Below, piece after piece: positions 1 to 42,488 of a stretch of DNA of 64,000 nt. Below the pieces are notes generated by a model, which worked only from the letters and a program-made list of their open reading frames with translations, was not told the DNA's origin and did not search any database. The position numbers and the translations under genes were made by a program. Source of the stretch: Podarcis erhardii (Eukaryota); the NCBI GenBank assembly GCA_964252035.1, contig OZ176205.1; one strand, 5' to 3'. The stretch's first letter is position 1. Each line of letters begins with the position of its first letter.

Positions 1-71
1 GAGGAAAAGGAAGAATCCACTTTTCTGCTCTCCTCCCAGATATTTAGGAGTGCAGTACTGTCTAGTTTTAA

Positions 72-426
72 GGGACGCGGGTGGCGCTGTGGGTAAAACC
101 TCAGCACCTAGGACTTGCCGATCGCATGGTCGGCGGTTTGAATCCCTGTGGCGGGGTGCGCTCCCGTCGTTCAGTCCCAGCGCCTGCCAACCTAGCAGCT
201 CGAAAGCACCCCCGGGTGCAAGTAGATAAATAGGGACCACTTACCAGCGGGAAGGTAAACGGTGTTCCGTGTGCTGCGCTGGCTCGCCAGATGCAGCTTG
301 TCACGCTGGCCACGTGACCCGGAAGTGTCTGCGGACAGCGCTGGCTCCCAGCCTCTAGAGTGAGATGAGCGCACAACCCTAGAGTCTGTCAAGACTGGCC
401 CGTACGGGCAGGGGTACCTTTACCTT
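72..426 (+). mobile_element. Sauria SINE (Squam1-like, lacertid type), full length, in a ZSWIM5 intron
   Basis: tRNA-like head GGGACGCGGGTGGCGCTGTGG...GGTTTGAATCC, BovB-like tail ending (ACCTTT)n, and flanking duplication TACTGTCTAGTTT(T)AA at 56-71 and 427-441. Confidence 0.85.
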
Positions 427-456
427 TACTGTCTAGTTTAATCCTGAGAATGCTGA

Positions 457-2821
<2,365 letters not shown>

Positions 2822-4049
2822 GCTTCTGCATTAGTTAAAGAAGGAAAGAAGGAAGGAACCCTGATCCCTGTTGGTGGAATCATGCCTACTGGGCCAGACG
2901 GACTATGTTTTCCATCCAGAGAGGATTCCTGGATTATTATTATTTTGAGGAACGTAAACCAAAAGCAGCACGGCAGGAAGGGTTTGCTTCCCACCCACTC
3001 GCAAACACCTCGGCAATACCAAAAGCTAACCAGGAAAAATTGAATACCTCTTTCCCAAAGGGCATGGCGGATGGAGGCTGAAAAGCAAACCACCTCGAAG
3101 GAGGCGTGGTAATGCGTCGCTCAGCCTCTTGCGTTGCCACCATGGCTCTTGGCTGGTGGCCTTGTAAGAGGTGCAGCCTGCCAAGACGGGCACATTTCAC
3201 CGTTTTCTTTTTTGTGAAGATCCTTAACTGAAAAAAAACCTAACGTTAACTGTTCTCAGGGATTGCTTTACTAAAAGTAACAGAAGCATTTATGATACTG
3301 TAAATATGATAGTATATGTGTCGATTATTAAATTGTAAAGTTCTAATTATTTATAATTATTCTCTTTTTGTTTGGGGGATACTTGAAATGTGTTGTGGGC
3401 TGGGGATTTTGGTTTTGTAAAGCATATCTGAACATGAGAAAAGATGAACATTTCTCAGGTTCCCCGGCCTGCCAGCACTGTTGGTGAAGAGGGGCTGGTG
3501 GGTGGTGTCTGATGAGTAGAGAGGATGGACCAAGAGTTCATGCAGAACTACCGCGACACAGCAGCCTTGGAAGAGAGGAGACCAAGGTGGAAATGGCAAA
3601 GCCCGCCATCAGGGTGCGTGGACTTGGCCCATGGGCTGCTAGCCACAGCACTTGCCCTGCCTCTGCTGGTTTATGCTGTGGTTCCAATTATGGAATACAA
3701 AGACCCCAGGAAGCCAGATTGTTGCCTGTGAAACAGTTGGGCCCATAGTGTAAATAATCTTTTTTTTTTGGCCTTCATCCACATGCCTATGGATAGATGC
3801 GTGCAAGAGCTGCATGCTATATGCGCGTGGGAAGATGTGTCTTTCCTTTGGCAGATGGGGAGCAGGGAACACATTTTTCTCTTGCTTATGTGTCTTTTAT
3901 TTTCAACTCCATTTCTAAACTGTTGCCTTTGATGGCACCTGCAGTCTGGTGCCCTCTGGAGGACAGCCTTCCTGGTCCTATTTCTTGCTGCTCCACCTCC
4001 CACCACTGCTTAAGTGGTTCATCTTATTTTTTAACTTCTTCCAATGAAA

Positions 4050-4055
4050 AATAAA
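4050..4055 (+). terminator. Candidate proximal polyadenylation signal of ZSWIM5
   Basis: AATAAA followed by a GU-rich tract (~4098-4133) and a G-run tract (4144-4186). Confidence 0.5.
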
Positions 4056-4366
4056 GTTTTGGGGTAGGAAGCAGGAGCAATACGGCTCTTCCACTTGTCT
4101 TTGTGTTCCCCTGTTCCAGTGTGTCTTAGTTTTAAAAGGGACAGGGAGGGAATGGGGTGGGGTGGGGCAGGGGTCGGGCTGAAGGGTAGCTTAGAAAATG
4201 TGGATTAAAATTACCTACTGTCTGACTCCAGTTTTGTTTTTCACAATACTCTATGAGAAAACTGGGCCAGGGAAACCCAGCTCACCCCAGTATTTGTTGC
4301 CATAGAAATATAATTCTTCACGTCTGACTTATTTTATTTTGTGTACAACCTCTTGACCCAATGTTT

Positions 4367-4372
4367 AATAAA
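4367..4372 (+). terminator. Candidate distal polyadenylation signal of ZSWIM5
   Basis: AATAAA after a U-rich upstream element containing TGTA. Confidence 0.5.
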
Positions 4373-6285
4373 AAAGAAGGAAGATGTTCATACCACTTCT
4401 GTATCACTCCAGCCCTTTCTGTTGTCAGCAGTGCCAATTAAAAGGGAATAAAAAGACAGCAGTTCAAAGGCAGTTGTTGAGATGGGAGGGATGGGAGTGA
4501 ATGCAACCTTCTAAACCACCAGCCTTGCATCCTTTTGGTCTGGAAAGAACCACATGTGGCTTTTGCCTCTTCCTGTACTGAGTCTCCAGTTACTTCAGCA
4601 GCAAATATTTATATGTCAATACCCCCTGCCTCAGATGGAATATACTTGTTGTGCAGGAACAATCCTATAAAGAGAGTATGGATCTTTGATGTACAGTGGG
4701 ATACATTGGCATAACATCTGTGATGATCGTGGCTTAGGGCCATGAAACCTGAAAAAACCTCTGTCTCTCCCCCATCCGCAATCGGAACACGGCTGTAGGT
4801 TGAAATCCTCTTTGGAGGCCCTGCTATACGTCCTGCCAACAGAAGATTTTTGTGTGTGGCAGCACTTTGGAGGAATTCCTTCTCAAAGGAGGTAAAACTA
4901 GGCCATCCCTGAGGGTGGTTCGGCAGGCAGGGAAAGCAATGTTATTGGCACTTGCTTTCCATACATGACTTAAGAGTCAGACTCTCATCCTTTCAATTTT
5001 AAGGCTTGAGCTTTGTTTTTTGCTAGCTGATGATGATGCCTTCTTTGGTTTTGTTCTTTTATCTGGACCGCTGGAGGTGTTGGTGTTATGTTAGACCTAA
5101 ACAGCAGTGTAGAGAAAAACCTAACAGGTCTCTGCAAGAGCCCTGCTCCTCTCTTAGCTGCTGATGCCACCTTTACTAGCTGCAGCCTCAACACTATAGC
5201 ATCCCCTTCCCAAATACCTGTTAACAAAGCAATCATTGCCTTAACCACCACAGTTCCCTCCCATGCTATTCCAGTTCTAAGAAAAGCATCCACTGGTCTG
5301 TTTACATATCACACACAAGTAACAGACTTTCTGAGGGGGCTGGTGCTGCTTGTGTCTTCTATAAACATGTTTCCTTATCATGACATGCGACTGATAACTG
5401 TCAGATGCAACCAGGCTGAATGCTGAAGCAGACACAGTCACCACTATGGCAGCAGAGATATAGGGAAAGGAAGGCTGGATTTCTTTACTGGAGGAACCTG
5501 CTTAGCTGTTGCTGGATAATGAATAGCAGTGAGTGAGGCGCAGTGCAGCACAGCATGTTCATATTGAGAATAAACATCACAAGAGTCTTTTCCACTTATT
5601 CCTGGGTCGCCTGTTCAGCAGCAAGGACATGGTCGCTCATCCTTCCTGAGTGGGTTGTGCATATGCAGACCTTGACTAAGCCAGAACAGCAGCACCAAAG
5701 CAGAGGAAGATTCAATCATTTAACTAAACACCATGTGCTGGATTGTTAATCCAGATGGGAAACTGTTGTAAATACTTCATTTTGCGGTATGGTGCATAGC
5801 CATCGCTTTGTAGAGACACATGGCTATTGCTAAAGAGGGCTCCAAACTGAGCAATTGGGTGATACAAGGTACCCTAACCCACCTTCTATTGTTAAATGGC
5901 AAAAAACTTACTCCGCTGTGGAGGACAGAGCATAAGAAAGGCCACACCTAGCCACTGGTTGGAAGGGGCAAGAAAAGGTCAATAAAAGGATCCACCCCTT
6001 TCTCAGATAAGCTTTGTAGTGTGTAGGGACAAAGCCAGGATCAAAAGCATTGGGTGCTTCAGGAAATGCCCAAGACCATACATTCTCTCCCCCTCTACAA
6101 CCCACCCACCACCCCAAGCATTGTGCCATTCTGAGTGGAAAGCATTTTAATAGTGCGCTATTACAAACCCACATCCTTGTTCTTTATATCAGTCCTAGTG
6201 ACTGGCTCTCCAGCACTCGCAAACATGATCCTCTCTTGCTGCAGTCTCTTTGATGCTTTGTCCATTTTCCATCTGGCTCAAGTCT

Positions 6286-18341
<12,056 letters not shown>

Positions 18342-19674
18342 CCCGCCCGCGCTGCTGCGGCCGCCCTAGTCCCGAGTCCTGGCAGGGAGAACAACACGCC
18401 TCTTCCTCCCCACTTCCGGGTTCCTTCCCCAGCTCCCGCAATTGGTGCTTGTGGGATCCACCCACGGCTCCCGCTGGGCGTGGCCGGGGCAGGACCCGCA
18501 TTACCGTAATGTGCGCTGTAGCACGTCTCCCGGAAAAGTTAGGAAGGGAGGCACACAGCACACGCGCGGACGCTTGTCTGGGGCGCTGGAGAGAGGGCAG
18601 AACCAGCACCGGGGAACAGGGCTCGTAGACGCCCAAGGGGTGGGGCAGCAAAAACCCCTCTGGTCTATTTTGAGCATAGACATCCAACAAGTAGCTGGCA
18701 TTAGAACTCCTAATTAAATTAAATACAGTACAGAGAGCATTGAAACAACCCATATAGTTCATGGGAGCTAGACAAGTGCACCAAACCCTTGGGTCAAGGC
18801 AGCTATTGTGCATGCAGAAATGAATTAAAAAACAGAAATATGCATTCAGTTTCCCCACAAGTCCACTGCCCTCATGTAGCCCCCGTATTCACAGCCAAGG
18901 GGAATGATTAGGAAGCTGGGTTTGTACATCTGCTACTAGTTCTACATCCATAAAATATGTGGTATTTTCCTGTCCTAACTGATAAATGCCACTCCCTGTG
19001 CTTGGCTGATAAAAACTTTGGACCACCACCTCCTCGGATACATTGTGCTCTTTGCTTGGAGATAAAAATTAGCCTAACCACAGCACCACATGGGACCAAT
19101 AGATAAAAATGTGGGAAGGTGTTGCCTTATTTCTCATATTACTGGAGAATCCACAGCTCAGTCATGATATATATACACCAACAGCAAACACAGTTCTCAG
19201 AGATCCAGTCCTTATGTAACCAAAGGTGCAACATATATGTGCAAGAAGGAAGTATTAGCAGGCTCGGGGAGACCCCAAGATTGGCAGAAGTACAAGCAAA
19301 AACCTCCACAGCAAAACTTGTCATCAGGCCAAGCAGAAGTTTCCAGAAGCCACTTGGCTTCTTAATCCCATGTGGGTAAGTGCATTTGTGTTCACAGATC
19401 CTTGTACTGTAGTGTTGCTTAACAATGTTCATCAACACTGGTAAGTCTAAGAAGCAATATGACTCCAGATCATCATACAACATTAATGATGAGGGAGACA
19501 GACAAGACAGATCTGAGAAACAGTGTTAGGTCCTTCTGGGAGAGAAGATACAGAGGTGAAAGTGTTAAGATTGTACCAAGCAGAGTTACCACTAGATAAT
19601 TGGGCACCTCCAAAGAACAGTGACATCTAAAGAGCACAACTCAGCAACAGAGAACATGTTTAAATGCCTTAGAG

Positions 19675-19811
19675 CAGCCTTTCTCAACCTTGGGTTCCCC
19701 AGATGTTTTGGGACTACAACTCCCATCATCCCTGACCACTGGTCCTGTGAGCTAGGGATCATGGGAGTTGTAGGCCAAAAACATCTGGGGACCCAAGGTT
19801 GAGAACCACTG
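19675..19811. mobile_element. Palindromic hAT MITE (137 bp) with a perfect 8-bp TSD
   Basis: CAGCCTTTCTCAACCTTGGGTTCCCCAGATGTTTT...AAAACATCTGGGGACCCAAGGTTGAGAACCACTG, flanked by CCTTAGAG at 19667-19674 and 19812-19819. Confidence 0.85.
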
Positions 19812-20444
19812 CCTTAGAGAACCTGGGGGTCGCCAAACTCCCATCAGCCAAGGCTGGTATAGCTAATGATCAGGGATGATGGGAGTTGTGATCCAGGCCA
19901 GCAAGGTTTGGAAGGCCGCAAGTCCCCTATCCCTAGTTTAAGGCCACTATATTACTACTAGTGTCAATTCCCTGGCACCTGATCAGAGATCCTTCCGCCT
20001 GCCCTGTTGTTTGTTTTGGAAACGCGAACTTTTATGATATGCCTCATCGCCAGCCATTCACATGAGCCCAGGAACTGAAGTGAAACGGAGTCCGAGATCT
20101 TGCGCGTCGACCTTCCTTGGCCACTTTCACCTTAGGCCTAAACCTCCCTCGCGGGGTGCGGGGCTTGCCGCCTACCCATTCCCGTTGCGCGGTTCCCCTG
20201 GCTTCTTGCATGCTAGGCTTGCTCATTCACCCGTCCGCCGATAGAGACTGCTTTACGGTACACCCGGCAGAACCGAGGAGGAAGGAGGGCGAGAGTAGCA
20301 GGAAGCAGCCGCAGCCGCCCCTCTCCGGGTCGCCGCGCTGGGGAAAGACTCGCCGGCTGCCAGAATCGGGACGGGAGGGAAGGGGCAACCGGCGGAGCTG
20401 CTCCCTCTGGGCCAACCCCGCCTCGGCGGCTGCAGGCGGCCAGG

Positions 20445-36502
<16,058 letters not shown>

Positions 36503-36604
36503 GTCTATTTTGAGGTCTTGTTAACCATTTCTTCTGTGTTACATAGTTCCTACATGCAATAATCTCTTACTATAAAGATCCAGAAAGCATGTATGTGTAT
36601 ATAT

Positions 36605-36657
36605 AATAAATTACCAAGTGTGAGGCTTGCAGTTTATTGATAAGCAGATACAATAAA
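36605..36657 (+). terminator. Candidate HECTD3 polyadenylation signals
   Basis: AATAAA at 36605-36610 and 36652-36657, about 100-150 nt after the stop codon. Confidence 0.55.
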
Positions 36658-37751
36658 ACGGACAGCCTGCCCCCTTGGATTTTAGTGAGCCCAAAACAAA
36701 AAATGGGAATGGTGAAAAACTCTTCATTTCTGACACAAGTTGCCAGCAAGTGGACAATGGCATGTAGGATTCCAGAATTCAATAATTCTGGTTTCTTTCT
36801 CAGGAAAGATGTCAAACAAGAAATGCAGACAGTTGCAAAATATATTTGTTGTTAGTTGACATTTTAGAATATTCTTAATTCTCTTCTGAAACCTGTACCT
36901 CTCCTTAGGCTGCAATTCCAAACCCACTTATTTGGGAGCAAATCCCATGGACCTGAGGTGATGTTTATAAGATTCCTCTGTCAATCTTTCTAGCCGAAGA
37001 TAAACATGAGGGCCACAGCTTAATTATAAGTTCTAGAGGAGTATTGGGGGTTTTTGCAGTGAAAACAAGACTCTTACAGCACCTTAATGACTGCATAAGC
37101 TGTTGTGGACTACTATCCACTGCATCAGATGTGTGTAGTGTTATCATGAGCTATAGGTTTAGATGCACATTGTTTGGGGAGGAGGGTTGTAATAAGGAAA
37201 GGAAATGCAACAAAGTACAGTGATAATTATGTACTTAATACAGTACCAGTAATTTGAAAAACAGTTCTTGATGACATAGACATCCTGGTATTGATAATCC
37301 AATTAGCACACATAATGTACTAAAAATCTATTCAATCGGGGTGTGTGGGGGTGGGATACATTCAATCCACAAGCAATATCACCACAAATTCTTAGTACTA
37401 ACTTACACTGTCCCCTCATTACACACCAACATTGTTAATGACTTCATCCTCAGGTTACAGTTCGGGATCCTCCTCTTTGTAGTGATTTCCATGCCTGCTT
37501 CTGTGCAGAACTACAGTCCAAAGTTTTCAATACTCCCTCCACCCACTTTTCTTCTTCCAAGTCTTCCTGTTTTTGTCTCAGCAGTTGCAGTGGTCAGCTC
37601 TGGCCACCAGTAGGCATTATGGCACCATAATTAAAAGGAGTGGTCTGACCATTTTAATTCTAAGATTGTTTTGTTTAAATTGTTCAGCTACCCTTCTTAC
37701 CTGTCCAAAGCATATCAGTATGGCACAATGGAGCCCAATATAATCCCATGT

Positions 37752-37903
37752 CCTGGCGTAGCCAGGTTTTTTTGGGGGGGCGGGGCAGAACTTTGTTGGG
37801 GGGGGCAGAACCAATGTGATTGATCAGTTAGTTAAGTATTTCTATTGTTTTACCTGATGGGGGGGGCAGCTGCCCCACCTTGCCCCCACTGGCTACACCC
37901 ATG
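37752..37903. mobile_element. Small MITE with GGCGTAGCCAG / CTGGCTACACC inverted ends
   Basis: Inverted terminal similarity at 37755-37765 and 37889-37899; a related right-end fragment is at ~27910-27946. Confidence 0.5.
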
Positions 37904-38589
37904 AGATAATATAATAACATAAGATGATGCGGAGGTTTAGGAAAAGTCAGCCCCTCCTCTGCTTTGCTGACTGTGAGGGGCCACACTCCTGCTAATCCCT
38001 GCATCTATTTGATATTAGGCTTTCTCTGATACCACCTTCATTAAAGCCTTTCACCAAAGCTGTCCGTGTTGGCTGAGGGAACTAGAACTGTGCTTGGCTA
38101 GCTGTTAGAGACAGTTTGCTAAGATAGGCCGAGTTCTGACATTCTGAAAAGAATTTGAGGGGTGGGAATACAGAACCGGGAATATACGTTTTTCTGGGGG
38201 ACTGCGAAACACTTTTTGACGATAAGTTTTCCAAAACAGCAGGGTCTGCCTGCTCCCAATGCTAAATGGAGACTGTGGCCCTCAAAAGCCACGAGCTTCA
38301 CTTTACTCAAATAGCAGCAGTTACTAGTATTTATTTCCCAGTAACAGCAATGGGCTGTGTTTAATAGAAGAGGGGAGACGGAACACTCTGGCAAAATGGC
38401 TCCATTCATGGGTCGAGGATGTACTGTCTGTATGTTGGCTGCCTGGGTGGGCCTCGGAGCTGAAGGCTATTGTAGCCGCATAATGGGCTTGATTGGTAAT
38501 TGGGGAGGTGAATTTGGCGTGGGGGGAAGGGACGGTGTCATCTCTGCAGCTGGGCTTTTTGTCATGCAAAGCGGGGCAGGAAGGGAAGC

Positions 38590-39870
38590 TTAAATCCCGC
38601 GACTTCACAGCACCTCGAAGCTGCTCTTCAATGCTCCTCTCCTCCACCCCACCCGCTCTCTCTTATCCCGGCCGGCGTGGTTCTTGCAACCCTCCCAGCC
38701 GTTTCCGCGCCTTCCCGGGTTTCCCCACATAAGAGTCATGAGAGCCTTAGGGAATATGGGGAGGCGGCGAGCGGGACCGTGTGCAGTTTTTGCTGCAGGG
38801 TTAAGCTCAGTAAATTAGGCGAACACCGCCGCCTGCTCTGGCGATGGCAGCTTCCTCCCCCGTCTTAGGCCTGCGCACAGCCACTTGCGAATCTGACAGG
38901 GAGGAAGAGGGGCTGCTGGAGGTGCCGGCGGGCCCCCTGAGGAGAGCGACAAGAAACGGGGATTAGCCGGGGATGCCGGGGCTCCCCTGCTGGGCGAGGA
39001 CGTGTAACTCCCCGACACCCTGCGGCGGGGGATTAATTACAGACCACACAGCAGGCCAATGAGGGGCACCGAAAGAGAGGGCCGCGCCCCGGGCTCCAGA
39101 GCGCGCCTGCTGGAGAGGCGCGCAGAAGGGGGACATGCATTTCTGCCCTCCCGACACCGCCATGATGCGTGAGGGAGGGACTGCAGGTGGCTCAACATTT
39201 CGCGCCGGTCCCGGGTGGGGATGAGACCCCAAGCCACGCGCGTCGAGTAGCAGGACGAGCGCGCGACTCGCAGGTGCAAAGGAGAGCAAGGGCTCCCGCA
39301 CCTTCTTTAATAAGTCGTGCAAAAAAGAGAATTTCAGCCGTTTGCATCGCCAGCTGCTGCACCTGCTGAAATTCTCAGCTCAGCTGTGAAAGGTGTGGCG
39401 GAGCCCTGCTCTCCGTTGCACGTGGCTCGCTCTCTACCCCGTGGTTCGGCAGGGAGCCGTTACTTGACTGAACCTAAACCGCAGGTGAGGACAACCTGCC
39501 TCCTTTCAAGGTAGCCACAAGGACGGCACAGCGCCTAGCCTTGAAGCAAGCACGTGACCTCACTATGCGGTGCGAGGGGTGAGAGGCGCTGAGGCGCGAG
39601 CGGCCTCAGAGGTGGAAGCAGCAGAGCGAGAAGTCGCGGCTGAGGAAGCAAGGTTGAGTCGTGGGTTGGTTAATCGGTCACTCTCGGGGTCTCTTGGGCT
39701 GGTTTTCACACAAAAGCTGCTTGAGAACAAGCGCGAGCCGACTTCCTGTGACTGATCGCATTCCCAGCAGGGGGCACTGTAGTCTAGCCCACGTGTGAAA
39801 GACCCGAGATTGCTTTCAGCCAAGCCCAGGGCGCTTCCAGACGGATGTTTATTGTGGAATCGGTGCTGTC
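38590..39870. promoter_or_regulatory. Orphan CpG island between the 3' ends of HECTD3 and PTCH2
   Basis: CpG-dense for ~1.3 kb; CCAAT (39056), E-boxes CACGTG (39420, 39551, 39791), ETS ACTTCCTG (39741), and a splice-donor-like CAG|GTGAGG at 39484/39485. No recognisable coding gene. Confidence 0.7.
39761..39779 (+). promoter_or_regulatory. CTCF consensus site
   Basis: TTCCCAGCAGGGGGCACTG matches the CTCF core CCA(C/G)(C/T)AG(A/G)(G/T)GGC(A/G)C. Confidence 0.6.
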
Positions 39871-40349
39871 CCAGCATGATTCCCACCCCCCTCTCCAAAA
39901 CATTGCCATCGAGATGACAGCCCGCACTTTCCCCACATTTAATGTGGCTTTTGTCTTGCAGCAGAAAAGGGACAAAAATGTAACTCTTTATTAGAGTTTT
40001 GGTACAGTGAAATACTGGTGTTGTGCAAAAACTTGGCATTAAGCAACAAACAAAAAAACACCAAATAAAAATAGATGCTGCCCACCCTCCCCACTCAAAA
40101 GCAGCACCCTCCATATTGCCAGTTTTGAAGCATGATAGCCAAGGGCTGGTAACATCTGCTCTTTCACTCTTTAAAAATTCCAGTGATTTCTTCTGGAAAA
40201 GGTGCATGCACCTAGGTACAGAAATACTTGTGTGTGAACCCAAAATGGAGAACAGTAGTGGAAGGTGAATGTAGTAACTGAGGAGAGGACCCAGAAACTC
40301 GGCATGGAAGCTTTCCATCAACGACCACCGCCTGCTGGTGTGATATGAA

Positions 40350-42488
40350 AAACGTAAGACTGAAAAGACTTAGGGAAGTGCTGGGTGAGATCCCATGGAC
40401 AGTAATACTAAAAGGAAAGGGAGTTCATGATGGCTGGGAGTTTGTTAAGAGGGAGATAGTAAAAGCACAACTTCAGGCAATACCAATGAGACGGAAACAT
40501 GGAAGGTGCCTAAAGAAGCCAGGGTGGCTATCTAAAGAACTTTTAACTGAGTTAAGATTAAAAAAGGATGTGTACAAAAAATGGAAAAGGGGGGAAACCA
40601 CCAAAGAGGAATTCAAACAAATAGCCAGCACGTGTAGACTCAAAGTCAGAAAAGCTAAAGCACAGAATGAACTCAGGCTTCCTAGAGAGGTTAAAAGCAA
40701 CAAAAAAGGCTTTTATGGGAATGTCCGTAGCAAAAGGAAGAACAAAGAAACAGTGGGGTCACTCAGAGGAGAAGATGGTGAAATGCAAACAGGGGACACA
40801 GAAAGGGCTGAACTCCTCAATGCCTTCTTTACCTCAGTCTTCTCCGATAAAGAAAACAATGCCCGACCTGAAGAATTTGGAGCAAATGATTCAGCAGAGG
40901 AAACACAGCCCAGAATAACTAAGGAGATAGTACAAGAATACTTGGCTAGTTTAGATCTATTCAAGTCTCCAGGGCCAGATGAACTGCATCCAAGAGTATT
41001 AAAAGAACTGGCAGATGTGATCTCAGAACCACTGGCAGTATCTTTGAGAATTCCTGGAGAACAGGCGAAGTCCCGGCAGACTGGAGGAGGGCAAATGTTG
41101 TCCCTATTTTCAAAAAGGGGAAAAGAGAGGACCCAAATAATTACCGCCCAGTCAGTCTGACATCAATACCAGGGAAGATTCTGGAGCAGATCATTAAGCA
41201 AACAGTCTGTGAGCACCTAGAAAGGAATGCTGTGATCACCAATAGATTTCTGAAAAATAAGTCATGTCAGACTAACCTGATCTCATTTTTTGACAGAATT
41301 ACAAGCCTGGTAGATGAAGGGAACGCAGTGGATGTAGCCTACCTTGATTTCAGCAAGGCATTTGACAAGGTGCCCCATGATATTCTTGTAAAGAAGCTGG
41401 TAAAATGCGGTCTTGACTATGCTACCACTCAGTGGATTTGTAACTGGCTGACTGACCGAACCCAAAGGGTGCTCATCAATGGTTCCTCTTCATCCTGGAG
41501 AAGAGTGACTAGTGGGGTGCCACAGGGTTCTGTCTTGGGCCCGGTCTTATTCAACATCTTTATCAGCGACTTGGATGATGGACTCAAGGGCATCCTGATC
41601 AAATTTGCAGATGACACCAAACTGGGAGGGGTGGCTAACACCCCAGAGGACAGGATCACACTTCAACACGACCATGACAGATTAGAGAACTGGGCCAAAA
41701 CAAACAAGATGAATTTTAACAGGGAGAAATGTAAAGGATTGCACTTGGGCAAAAAAAATGAGAGGCACAAATACAAGATGGGTGACACCTGGCTTGAGAG
41801 CAGTACATGTGAAAAGGATCTAGGAGTCTTGGTTGACCACAAACTTGACATGAGCCAACAGTGTGACGCGGCAGCTAAAAAAGCCAATGCAATTCTGGGC
41901 TGCATCAATAGGAGTATAGCATCTAGATCAAGGGAAGTAATAGTGCCACTGTATTCTGCTCTGGTCAGACCTCACCTGGAGTACTGTGTCCAGTTCTGGG
42001 CACCACAGTTCAAGAAGGACACTGACAAACTGGAACGTGTCCAGAGGAGGGCAACCAAAATGGTCAAAGGCCTGGAAACGATGCCTTATGAGGAACGGCT
42101 AAGGGAGCTGGGCATGTTTAGCCTGGAGAAGAGGAGGTTAAGGGGTGATATGATAGCCATGTTCAAATATATAAAAGGATGTCACATAGAGGAGGGAGAA
42201 AGGTTGTTTTCTGCTGCTCCAGAGAAGCAGACACGGAGCAATGGATCCAAACTACAAGAAAGAAGATTCCACCTAAACATTAGGAAGAACTTCCTGACAG
42301 TAAGAGCTGTTCGACAGTGGAATTTGCTGCCAAGGAGTGTGGTGGAGTCTCCTTCTTTGGAGGTCTTTAAGCAGAGGCTTGACAACCATATGTCAGGAGT
42401 GCTCTGATGGTGTTTCCTGCTTGGCAGGGGGTTGGACTCGATGGCCCTTGTGGTCTCTTCCAACTCTATGATTCTATGATTCTATGAT
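40350..42488 (+). mobile_element. CR1 LINE, 5'-truncated, ORF2 with frameshifts; RT domain recognisable
   Basis: ORFs 40345-41160 and 41232-42407 encode CR1 ORF2 ([17 protein letters not shown]; [13 protein letters not shown]; [17 protein letters not shown]; [10 protein letters not shown]). The 3' UTR ends in (ATTCTATG)n. Confidence 0.95.

Noticed and set aside
39162-39389. Strong-Kozak ORF with one in-frame TGA (MMREGG...GWG*DPKPR...SAQL*), considered as a selenoprotein or readthrough
   Set aside because: No SECIS-like element identified, no redox motif around the TGA, and no recognised homology.
38590-39870. snRNA, vault, telomerase or tRNA gene within the orphan CpG island
   Set aside because: No U-snRNA sequence, telomerase template, convincing box B or PSE was found on either strand.
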